Source: Candidatus Saccharimonadales bacterium (lineage in GTDB: Bacteria > Patescibacteriota > Saccharimonadia > Saccharimonadales > UBA4665). From it: 64,000 nt of DNA. The DNA is taken from NCBI GenBank assembly GCA_038236865.1, contig JBBRZI010000001.1, forward strand, positions 9,238 through 73,237, written 5' to 3'. The notes under the pieces were generated by a model. It was not told where the DNA came from. It saw only the letters and a list, made by a program, of their open reading frames with translations, and did no database searches. Positions 44,794 through 52,480 of the stretch are shown piece after piece. How positions within the stretch are numbered: the first letter of the stretch is position 1; each line of letters starts with the position of its first letter. A program made the position numbers and the translations under genes.

Positions 44794-46104
44794 CTACACT
44801 ACTGCAGGCTGTCGGTCAATCTGTTGGGCCGCCGCCAGGTCGTATAAATAATCCAGTTTTGAGCCATCGATATTTTTACCGGTCCGCAAAACGGCAAATC
44901 TGCCGACCGGTCCATGCTGACGAACGTACTGCCACAGGCCAGCCAGCGCAACTGCGCCGGTCGCTTCGGTCGGAAGCCCATTCTGGTGGAGCTCGACAAC
45001 CGCCCGAGCGATGGATTGGTCGGTGACGTTAACCATAGCCACCGCCGGCGTTAGGTTTTGAAGAATATTGAATGTCTGGTGACCGGGTTGGACGGCAGCC
45101 CCCTCGACGACGGTTTTGAGGTCGGGCGATTCAGTGTATTCTCCGGCCCGCAGCGAACGCGTCATACCATTGGCCCCCACCGGCTCGACCCCAACGACCT
45201 GAATGTCCGGTCGAACTTCGCCGAGGTACCGGGCAATACCGGCCAGTAACCCACCACCGCCAACCGGCACGACTAGATGGGTGAAATCGGCGTTCTGCTG
45301 CAGCAGCTCGGCGGCCAGTGTCGCCTGCCCTATCATGATCTGTTCGTCGTCATAAGGCGCAATAACCGTTAACTCCGGACGATCATGTAGTAATTGGCGG
45401 CAATAGCGGCTGGCGGCCTCGAACGTCGTACCGGCTAGCACCACGTGCGCACCGTACGCTTCCACACCGGTAACTTTTACGCGTGGCGTATTGACGGGCA
45501 TGACTAGCGTGGCGGCCGTGCCGAGCAGTTGGGCACTATGGGCGACGCCTTGGGCGTGGTTGCCGGCACTGACGGCAATAACCCCACCAGCTCGTTGCTC
45601 GGCGGACAATTGTCGCAGGCTGTTGTAGGCGCCACGTATTTTAAAGGCCCCGACTGTTTGATCGGCATCGTGTTTCATCTGCATGGTAAGACGACTACCA
45701 TCCGACGTCGAGGTATAAGAGCTGAAGTTCGTACGAATCACGACAGTGGCCATCGCTTGTTGGGCCCGCAGCACCTCGAGCGCGTAGGGTCCAAGTGTCT
45801 CGACGCCGGCTACACCCAAGCGTTGCGCGGCTTTTTCGATGGCCAGTATGTCGCGCCGGGCCGGCGAATCATAGCCGTAGCCGAACATCGGGTCACCCGG
45901 CTCGTCTTGGTGGAGTCGCTGCCAGTCAGCTGGCAAAACGGCGTAGTCGACTCGACTGACGAGATCATCCGGTATATCCGGGAACCCAGCGACCTCTGCA
46001 GCCGCGGCGAGGTGTAATGTCGATGGCAGTTGGCGAAACTGGCGCGGCACCCGTTGGTGATAGGGCTGAAGTTCGTTATAGAGCGCGGGGCTGAGTTCTG
46101 GCAT
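44794..46104 (-). CDS. PLP-dependent threonine/serine dehydratase with N-terminal extension
   Basis: Has the PLP-lysine motif GAFKIRGAYN, GNHAQG and a GGGGL glycine loop. ATG at 46104 is preceded by GGAGG (5-nt spacing). The TTG at 46119 in the ORF track lies inside the upstream terminator tail. Confidence 0.8.
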   Translation of the reverse strand: MPELSPALYNELQPYHQRVPRQFRQLPSTLHLAAAAEVAGFPDIPDDLVSRVDYAVLPADWQRLHQDEPGDPMFGYGYDSPARRDILAIEKAAQRLGVAGVETLGPYALEVLRAQQAMATVVIRTNFSSYTSTSDGSRLTMQMKHDADQTVGAFKIRGAYNSLRQLSAEQRAGGVIAVSAGNHAQGVAHSAQLLGTAATLVMPVNTPRVKVTGVEAYGAHVVLAGTTFEAASRYCRQLLHDRPELTVIAPYDDEQIMIGQATLAAELLQQNADFTHLVVPVGGGGLLAGIARYLGEVRPDIQVVGVEPVGANGMTRSLRAGEYTESPDLKTVVEGAAVQPGHQTFNILQNLTPAVAMVNVTDQSIARAVVELHQNGLPTEATGAVALAGLWQYVRQHGPVGRFAVLRTGKNIDGSKLDYLYDLAAAQQIDRQPAVV

Positions 46105-46117
46105 GTTGTCCTCCAAC

Positions 46118-46144
46118 AAAAAAAGCTTCCGGGTGGAAGCTTTT
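46118..46144 (-). terminator. Rho-independent terminator abutting the dehydratase RBS
   Basis: The minus strand reads AAAAGCTTCC-ACCC-GGAAGCTTTT-TTTG, followed directly by TTGGAGGACAACATG. Confidence 0.6.
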
Positions 46145-46480
46145 GATTAATCTCTTATGTAATTATTTGTGTCTAGCTTCAACCCTAATCGGTGTCATCT
46201 CAATGATGCCGAACATAATTTGGAGGTTAATAATCAAGGCCGAAACCTTCGCTAGTTTTAACATGGTATCGACTTTACGCTTACGCCTGCCACCTGTCAA
46301 CCTCGCTTTGCGTCGCCGCACATACCAGGCGCAGCGGCCCGCTGCCACATCTATTGCTTTGGTTTTGAAGCTGCTAGCAGCAATCCCCGGCTCACCTACG
46401 GTAAAACACTGGTCGCCATGTCCGGCTGGACCACCGCCCGCGGGCTTTTCTGCCTAGAGCTAGTTACCCGTTAGCTTGGT

Positions 46481-46509
46481 TTGACATTGGTTGCGCTTCA
46501 AAATAGTAT
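46481..46509 (+). promoter_or_regulatory. Sigma-70-like promoter (TTGACA-17 nt-TAGTAT)
   Basis: TTGACA at 46481-46486, a 17-nt spacer, then TAGTAT at 46504-46509. Confidence 0.45.
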
Positions 46510-46667
46510 TGCTTTTTACATCAATATTGTGTATCTTAATAATCGTGACAACCTTTATTACCAACTATTCTCTGCCTGCCTGCAAGCACTTTATGGCTCG
46601 ATTGATGGTGTTGCCCGAATAACTGGAATCCGATTGTACTGATACACCAAATAACGAAACACACAAA

Positions 46668-46699
46668 AACGGATTCCAAAACTTAGGAATCCGTTTTTT
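46668..46699 (+). terminator. Rho-independent terminator/attenuator 14 nt before the ATG at 46714
   Basis: AACGGATTCC-AAAACTTA-GGAATCCGTT-TTTT. A second copy of GGAATCCG at 46625-46632 can pair with the same CGGATTCC (46670-46677). Confidence 0.6.
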
Positions 46700-46713
46700 A
46701 CTGAGCACGACAT

Positions 46714-47409
46714 ATGACCCACACCGACCAATTATTTAGACTACTACCGACGAGCACCGAAAGCCCGTATCTTCGCGGTAGCTTACACCACATCTTTCGA
46801 GAGCTGTTCAACGGATCGAACGCCGGCTTCAAGCCGAATGATTTTGTAACCGATAAAGATGTCTTTTTTGTCTGTCAGGCGGCCTTGGGCAACCAACATG
46901 TTCGCCAACGGCGTGAGCTGCTGGTCGCCGAGGTACAGACAGAGCGCTCAGCTCAAGCCGCGCAGAGAATAGCCAGTCTCAAGTTGGCCGAACAACAGAC
47001 CCACGCGACACGTATCAGCCTGCAAGCGTTGCATATTGCCAGCGGTGTAGCCCAGTTCGTCGAAGAACCGCGCACCCCGAAAGCCGTGAAGCATATATAT
47101 TTACCCCTCTGTAGCCAAGAGGCGGTTGATATTTATGATGGAGTCTGGCAGCACCTCGGTGCCTACGCGGCCGAGTTGAATTTACTAGCGGACGGGGCCG
47201 AGGGATCAGTTGCGGCTCGCTTTGATCATAACTTATCTGGGGCAGCTAGCCTCGAACTCGCCGCCGCGGCCGGCACGCCGGTGCAGCTCGCTCAATTGCA
47301 GGATGTCGGCATCTTTGGTGATTTACAAGGCACGATCAACACGCCGATCGGTATCGATTTAAGGCTTCAGCAGTTGCCAGTGGCGCGGCACCTACGGCTA
47401 CTCACTTAA
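46714..47409 (+). CDS. Hypothetical protein
   Basis: 231-aa ORF with ATG start and no competing ORF on the other strand. No family recognised. Confidence 0.5.
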   Translation: MTHTDQLFRLLPTSTESPYLRGSLHHIFRELFNGSNAGFKPNDFVTDKDVFFVCQAALGNQHVRQRRELLVAEVQTERSAQAAQRIASLKLAEQQTHATRISLQALHIASGVAQFVEEPRTPKAVKHIYLPLCSQEAVDIYDGVWQHLGAYAAELNLLADGAEGSVAARFDHNLSGAASLELAAAAGTPVQLAQLQDVGIFGDLQGTINTPIGIDLRLQQLPVARHLRLLT

Positions 47410-49746
47410 CTGTTCGAGCTTGTACTGGGTGTAGCGCTCGGCGGCGAGTCGGGTGAGCGCCTCATCTTCGTCACTATTGACGAAGCGCATTGCCGCTGCC
47501 ATCAAAGGATGAACAGTGGCTAGTTGCTCGTGCATCTGTAATACGAGTTTACGATAGCCGGGATGGCCCTGGGGGCTGGTACGGAGTTCATGCAGATGAA
47601 AGGCTTCGCGGGCGTTATAGGTGACTTTCCAGCGCATTTTGTGACCGAGTAGCGTGGCGTACTGGGCTTCCAGCTGATAGCCGGCTTGCTGAAGGACGCT
47701 ATAGAGTTTGAGGCTGAGCTCAAAACAAGTATCAAATTGGGCGCTCAGGCCGGCTTCGTCTATCAAACTCGGTGTTTCGTAGCCAAAACGGGGCGACAGC
47801 TGTTGCCAGGCCAGATCGTCGACCATGCGGTGGCGTTGTAAGTCGCGGAAAATGCCGTAATCACACACTAGATCCCAACTGTAGTGAGCTTTTTCGATAG
47901 CTCGGCCCGGGCGGTGGCGTCGGTTGAGCCGTTCGCCAGCGTAGGCCGTAAAGATTTCGACCTTTTTATCGTAGGGCATAGTAGCGACTTCGGCCTGGAT
48001 GTCTTTGAGCGGCAGGTTGCTATGTTCGTAGAGCATATCCGCCACCAGATTCAGTTCGTTCTTGGGCCAGTACTCATTGAGGCTGACGGCTCCAGCCGGC
48101 GCGGCGTAATTATCGGGTAGACACTCGGCGGCAAGCGCGGCCACCCGCTGGGCGGTGGTAGCCCGATAGGCGATGATAGCGCCGCCCCGTTCAGGCTTAT
48201 CGGCCCGTTCGAGTAGTACCGGGATAACCTTACGCGCTTCGGTCAGCATAGTTTGGCCGGTGGCGCGGGCTTCGGGCAGCGCATCGCTCAATAAGTGCAT
48301 AATCAGGCTCTCCAGCGCTTGGCCAGAGGCATAGATACCGACGGTTGAGGTGGTTGAAACGGGCAGCACTGACCGAACTGCGTCACAGGCTTGGGCGCGG
48401 GTTGCAGCTTGCCAGGCGCTATCTTGCTCGGCTGTGGGAACAGTTGACTTGGCCCGGACATACTCGGTCAGACGGCGCACCATGGCCGAATAGAGGTCAA
48501 AGATGGCGTCCATCGCGGCGCGGTACTGCTGGGCGACGGCCGGCGTGAATTCTGGCGGAACGAAGTAGCGGTAGTGCCCGGTGGCATCCTTTTGGTCAAA
48601 GTAGATATAACGCGTTGATTGTTCGAGGTACGACGCCAAGCGCCCCCACTCCAACTTTTTGGTCAAGATGTTGCTGGCGTTCTCGACGACCAGATGGATA
48701 CCGGCGAGCTGTTGCACCGAGTCGTCGCCATAGGCCGTGATGACGCGTCGCAGTAGGTTACCATCTTTACCGGCTTTGCCGGCAAATTCATCGAGCAGCG
48801 TAATGCGCATGTCGTCACCGCGCCGACTGAGGCGGGCCATAGCCGCCGCAATTGTGACGGGGCTGAGCTTGTCGTTAAAGGCGTAGACGTTGCCGTCAAC
48901 ATTACTAATCGCCGCCGCCAGGTAGTCGCGGCCGGCGCTGGTGATTGCGGTTCGGCCGCTGGCGTCCTTTTGAACAAGTGTTGCCGCCGCTGTTGGTTCA
49001 ACGCTCACGGCTGGGAGTGGCGTAATCTCTAAAGGTGGTTCATGCGGCGCAGGCAGCTCTTTTTGGGCAATGATGTCCTTAACCGAAACTGATGCGGCGC
49101 TAGCAGCGGGTACAGTTTTGCGATTGGCCAGCTCAACCGACACTAGTTTCCAAATCGCGTCGGCCACAGTTGCTTCGTCATCAGTTGCGAACACGACCGG
49201 TAGATTGCGCTGCTTGGCTTCCCATAGGTAACCGGCCCGGACGCGCTCTAAAAAGCCTTCGTCGAGGTTGTCGAAGCGCTCGGCGCTATAGCGGTTTTTG
49301 GCGCGAGCCTTGAGCATAGCCGCCGGAGCGTCGAGTACGATACAGAGGTCGGGTTCCATGTCGGCGACCGCAAAACTAATTATCGTATTGATGATTTGAT
49401 AATCAGGCACGTCACCGCGACCGTAGTACTGAATAGCGAGAGTCGTCAGGTAATTACGGTCAACGAGGCAGATGACTCCCTGCTCGACACTTTGTTTGAT
49501 GATTTGCAATGATTCCGAACGAGCGGCGTTGTAGAGCAACACTTCGGTGCGGGTATTCATCGGGTAGTGCGGATCTTGCGTCAATTGGCGAATTGCCCGA
49601 GCGGTCAGGTTACTCTGGCTATCTGGTTCACGCATGGTGCGCACCGGCAAACCGGCGGCTTGCAAGCGGCGAGCCAGTTCGAGTAGTTGGGTTGACTTGC
49701 CGACACCTTCCGGACCTTCGATGACGATGTATTTGCCTTTAATCAT
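47398..49746 (-). CDS. tmk/thyX: Fusion protein: dTMP kinase (N-terminal) + tandem ThyX-like FAD-dependent thymidylate synthase domains
   Basis: The N-terminus IVIEGPEGVGKSTQ...MREPD...LVDRNYLTTLAIQ is Tmk-like. A Pro/Ala linker follows. Two ThyX-like halves then carry GRLASYLEQSTRY and RHRMVDDLAWQQLSPRF (degenerate RHRxxS...SxRY signatures). Confidence 0.75.
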   Translation of the reverse strand: MIKGKYIVIEGPEGVGKSTQLLELARRLQAAGLPVRTMREPDSQSNLTARAIRQLTQDPHYPMNTRTEVLLYNAARSESLQIIKQSVEQGVICLVDRNYLTTLAIQYYGRGDVPDYQIINTIISFAVADMEPDLCIVLDAPAAMLKARAKNRYSAERFDNLDEGFLERVRAGYLWEAKQRNLPVVFATDDEATVADAIWKLVSVELANRKTVPAASAASVSVKDIIAQKELPAPHEPPLEITPLPAVSVEPTAAATLVQKDASGRTAITSAGRDYLAAAISNVDGNVYAFNDKLSPVTIAAAMARLSRRGDDMRITLLDEFAGKAGKDGNLLRRVITAYGDDSVQQLAGIHLVVENASNILTKKLEWGRLASYLEQSTRYIYFDQKDATGHYRYFVPPEFTPAVAQQYRAAMDAIFDLYSAMVRRLTEYVRAKSTVPTAEQDSAWQAATRAQACDAVRSVLPVSTTSTVGIYASGQALESLIMHLLSDALPEARATGQTMLTEARKVIPVLLERADKPERGGAIIAYRATTAQRVAALAAECLPDNYAAPAGAVSLNEYWPKNELNLVADMLYEHSNLPLKDIQAEVATMPYDKKVEIFTAYAGERLNRRHRPGRAIEKAHYSWDLVCDYGIFRDLQRHRMVDDLAWQQLSPRFGYETPSLIDEAGLSAQFDTCFELSLKLYSVLQQAGYQLEAQYATLLGHKMRWKVTYNAREAFHLHELRTSPQGHPGYRKLVLQMHEQLATVHPLMAAAMRFVNSDEDEALTRLAAERYTQYKLEQLSE

Positions 49747-50455
49747 AAAATAGCCCGTCGATTGGCTGGGGCAATGCGCGGCTGTCGCGGTAGGCTTTGG
49801 GGAGCATCATATCGGGCGACCAGGTTTTAATAATCGTCTCGATATCACTGCCCTGTTGGTATTTACCACTAAATTCGTCGTCGCGACCGGCGCCATAGTT
49901 ACCGTCGACGGGACCGGTTTCGTGAAAGACAATCTGCGCGAAGCGTTCGCCGACCGGCAGGAGCACCGTTTCACGGTCGTTGAGATTATAGATTTCGAGC
50001 GTCAGGCGGTTGATGTAGCCGGGATCGATCCAGCCGGCGTCAAAACAGACGGCAATACCGTTGCGGCCCCAGCTCGAGCGGCTGCGGACTTCGCAGGCAC
50101 CGGGTGGTCGAATGCCGAAGAACTCATGCGTGTGGGCCAATATACGTTCGCCCGGTTTGAGGCTAATGACCGGGTGATCGAGTGGGATATTGTTGACGGG
50201 CTTAAAACCGTTGAGGGCGCACCATTCACCGTGAGGCATGGCGTGATACGGCCCATCAAAGTAGCGCTCCACGTCTTCTTTGTCGAACGGGTTGTAGATT
50301 GTCCGGTCATTCATGCGCTCAATCCGGTAATAGTAATAGCCGAGCGTCACATCGAGGCTGGCGTGGCTGACATGCTTCGGATTGAATGGGTGGCATACAA
50401 TATGATCATCTGCGATCGCCTGACGTATCTGAATGTTACTGAATACCGACACCAT
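49739..50455 (-). CDS. dcd: dCTP deaminase family protein
   Basis: 238 aa with ...SLDVTLG... and GWIDPGYINRLTLEIYN (the G-x-IDPG...TLE signature). Its 3' end overlaps the tmk/thyX start by 8 nt. Confidence 0.8.
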   Translation of the reverse strand: MVSVFSNIQIRQAIADDHIVCHPFNPKHVSHASLDVTLGYYYYRIERMNDRTIYNPFDKEDVERYFDGPYHAMPHGEWCALNGFKPVNNIPLDHPVISLKPGERILAHTHEFFGIRPPGACEVRSRSSWGRNGIAVCFDAGWIDPGYINRLTLEIYNLNDRETVLLPVGERFAQIVFHETGPVDGNYGAGRDDEFSGKYQQGSDIETIIKTWSPDMMLPKAYRDSRALPQPIDGLFYD

Positions 50456-50594
50456 TAGCCTCCGTGTTTCGTTCTATTGTAGGTGACTACTCAGTAGTTA
50501 TGCAAGCACAATAATAATGTGATTTTTACGCAAATAGGTGTCGTGCCACTCATGCTTATTATAATAGTCGGTTTTCGGGTACAATGAGCGAGTC

Positions 50595-52295
50595 ATGGCA
50601 GTGCCTACTTATATCAAAAGTCAGTTACGGGTGCGCGAGCGTTTTGGGCTACAGCTCGTGGCTTTTGTCGTCGCGGCCCATGGTAGCTTTGTCCTGATCG
50701 TGACGCTGGTTGAATTGATCGCCACCCGGCACGCCGCCCATCTGTCGGGCACGACAATTAACGTCTCAATTATGATCGGCTTGAGCTTACTGTACTTGAG
50801 CGGCCTGTTGCACCGGCTCAAGCGCACCGCCTGGCTGGCCACGATTATGAGCTACGTTGTGTATCTTGGCGTGAACTTAAGCAGCCTAATTCGAAGTCTG
50901 GGGATGGATGACCTGTCGGCCGGGCGCGTCATCCGAGTAGTTATTCTGCCGGTTAGCATTCTAGCTTTACTGGTCATGCTCCGGTCCCACTACACCGTAA
51001 AAAGCGATATTCAAGGCTTTCGGACGGCCGTTCGGACGGCTGGGCTCGTCATTGTCGTGGCTTTTATGTACGGCCTCGCTGGCTTCAGCTTACTCGATAC
51101 CTCCGATTTTCATCAGGAAATATCAGTCGGCCGAGCCGCCCAATACACGGTTGACCGCTTCTACTTGACGACTAATAAACCGCTCGTGCCAGCGACGCGG
51201 CGGGCAAAACTATTCACTGATTCGCTCTCGGTCATCAGCATTGGGGCAGCCATCTACGCCGCCGCGGCTTTCTTCCAGCCTATCCGCTTGCGCCTGAGTG
51301 ATCAGACTCAAAACCGCCGCCGGCTGCTGGACCTGCTCAAGCAGGGCGGCGGCCGCAGTGAAGATTATTTTAAGCTGTGGCCCCACGACAAACAGTTCTT
51401 TTTTAACGACGCTGGCACGAGCGGACTCGCCTATCACGTCCGGCACGGTGTGGCCTTGTGCCTGGGGGACCCAGCCGGTCAGCCGCGGACGTACGCTACG
51501 CTAATTACGGCGTTCGGGGCCGTCTGTCAGAGCAACGACTGGTTACCGGCCTTCGTCCACATTGAGCCGACGCACCGCAAGCTGTACATCCGACACGGCT
51601 ATAGTCTGCAAAAGATTGGCCAGGAAGCCGTCGTCGATATTGCCCATTTCCAGGCCGACGTCGTCCGCAATAAATATTTTCGACATATCAATAACAAATT
51701 TACGAAACTCGGCTATATCTGCGAGCTGCTGGCGCCGCCCCATAACCCGGCAACAATGACACGGCTCAAAACTGTGTCCGATCAGTGGCTCAGCCAGGGC
51801 GGGCGGGCGGAACGAGGCTTTGTGATGGGTTACTTTAGCGATGCATATATGCAGCAGTGCTCGATTATGGTCGTGCGTGACTCGGCCGGAGAGGTGCAGG
51901 CCTTCTTGAACCAATTGCCGGCGGATTTTGATGAGCAAGAAGCCACCTATGATTTACTCCGCCACAGTGACGCCAGCCCCGGCAACATCAACGACTATCT
52001 CTTATTAAACTTCATTGCCTATTTGAGTACGCAGCCGCAGCAACGTCTGAATCTTGGTCTCTGCCCCCTCGCCGGGCTCGGTAAGGGCGACGACACCAAA
52101 TCTGTGGTTGATTCTATCCTGCGCTTTGTCTATGCCAATGGGGACCGGCTGTATTCCTTCAAGGGTTTGCTCCGGTTTAAGGCCAAATACGAACCAACCT
52201 GGCGTGATCGCTATGTCGCTTACCAAGGCGGGCTCCGTGGACTGACACGCACCACCAATGCGCTCGTCGGCGTGATGCGCGTCAAGCAACCCTAG
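50595..52295 (+). CDS. MprF-like aminoacyl-phosphatidylglycerol synthase (TM region + DUF2156 domain)
   Basis: 566 aa with about 6 N-terminal TM helices. The C-terminal YSFKGLLRFKAKYEPTWRDRYVAY is typical of the lysyl-PG synthase domain. Confidence 0.7.
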   Translation: MAVPTYIKSQLRVRERFGLQLVAFVVAAHGSFVLIVTLVELIATRHAAHLSGTTINVSIMIGLSLLYLSGLLHRLKRTAWLATIMSYVVYLGVNLSSLIRSLGMDDLSAGRVIRVVILPVSILALLVMLRSHYTVKSDIQGFRTAVRTAGLVIVVAFMYGLAGFSLLDTSDFHQEISVGRAAQYTVDRFYLTTNKPLVPATRRAKLFTDSLSVISIGAAIYAAAAFFQPIRLRLSDQTQNRRRLLDLLKQGGGRSEDYFKLWPHDKQFFFNDAGTSGLAYHVRHGVALCLGDPAGQPRTYATLITAFGAVCQSNDWLPAFVHIEPTHRKLYIRHGYSLQKIGQEAVVDIAHFQADVVRNKYFRHINNKFTKLGYICELLAPPHNPATMTRLKTVSDQWLSQGGRAERGFVMGYFSDAYMQQCSIMVVRDSAGEVQAFLNQLPADFDEQEATYDLLRHSDASPGNINDYLLLNFIAYLSTQPQQRLNLGLCPLAGLGKGDDTKSVVDSILRFVYANGDRLYSFKGLLRFKAKYEPTWRDRYVAYQGGLRGLTRTTNALVGVMRVKQP

Positions 52296-52480
52296 GCCGC
52301 GCCCAAGACAAGTGTCGGCCTAGCTGCGGCGGCGTAGACCTGCGTTCGTACATTTACGGGCCGTCAGGCTTGTGTATGACGGGGGAATTGAGATTAGGTC
52401 CAAGCCTACGGTCGCAAAACAGCGCCAGCGAGCAACATGAGGTGTTACCCGCCTGGCGCTGCAAGGTGTCGGTATCTGAC

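Noticed and set aside
46143-46457. 104-aa plus-strand ORF and 61-aa minus-strand ORF (46163..46348) as protein genes
   Set aside because: Neither has an SD or a family resemblance. They cross palindromic GC-rich segments. Only the last 33 codons of the minus ORF are discussed, as a speculative leader peptide.
46145-46510. RNase P RNA, tmRNA, SRP RNA, T-box or other known RNA in the 590-bp gap
   Set aside because: I looked on both strands for diagnostic strings. These were GAGGAAAGTCC and ACAGAA-CCGGCTTA for RNase P, a tRNA-like TTCGA...CCACCA end for tmRNA, GGAAGGAAGCAGC for SRP, and GGGTGGTACCGCG for T-box. None was found. A covariance-model scan is still needed.
49856-50458. 200-aa plus-strand ORF
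   Set aside because: It is antisense to the well-supported dcd gene and has no motifs.
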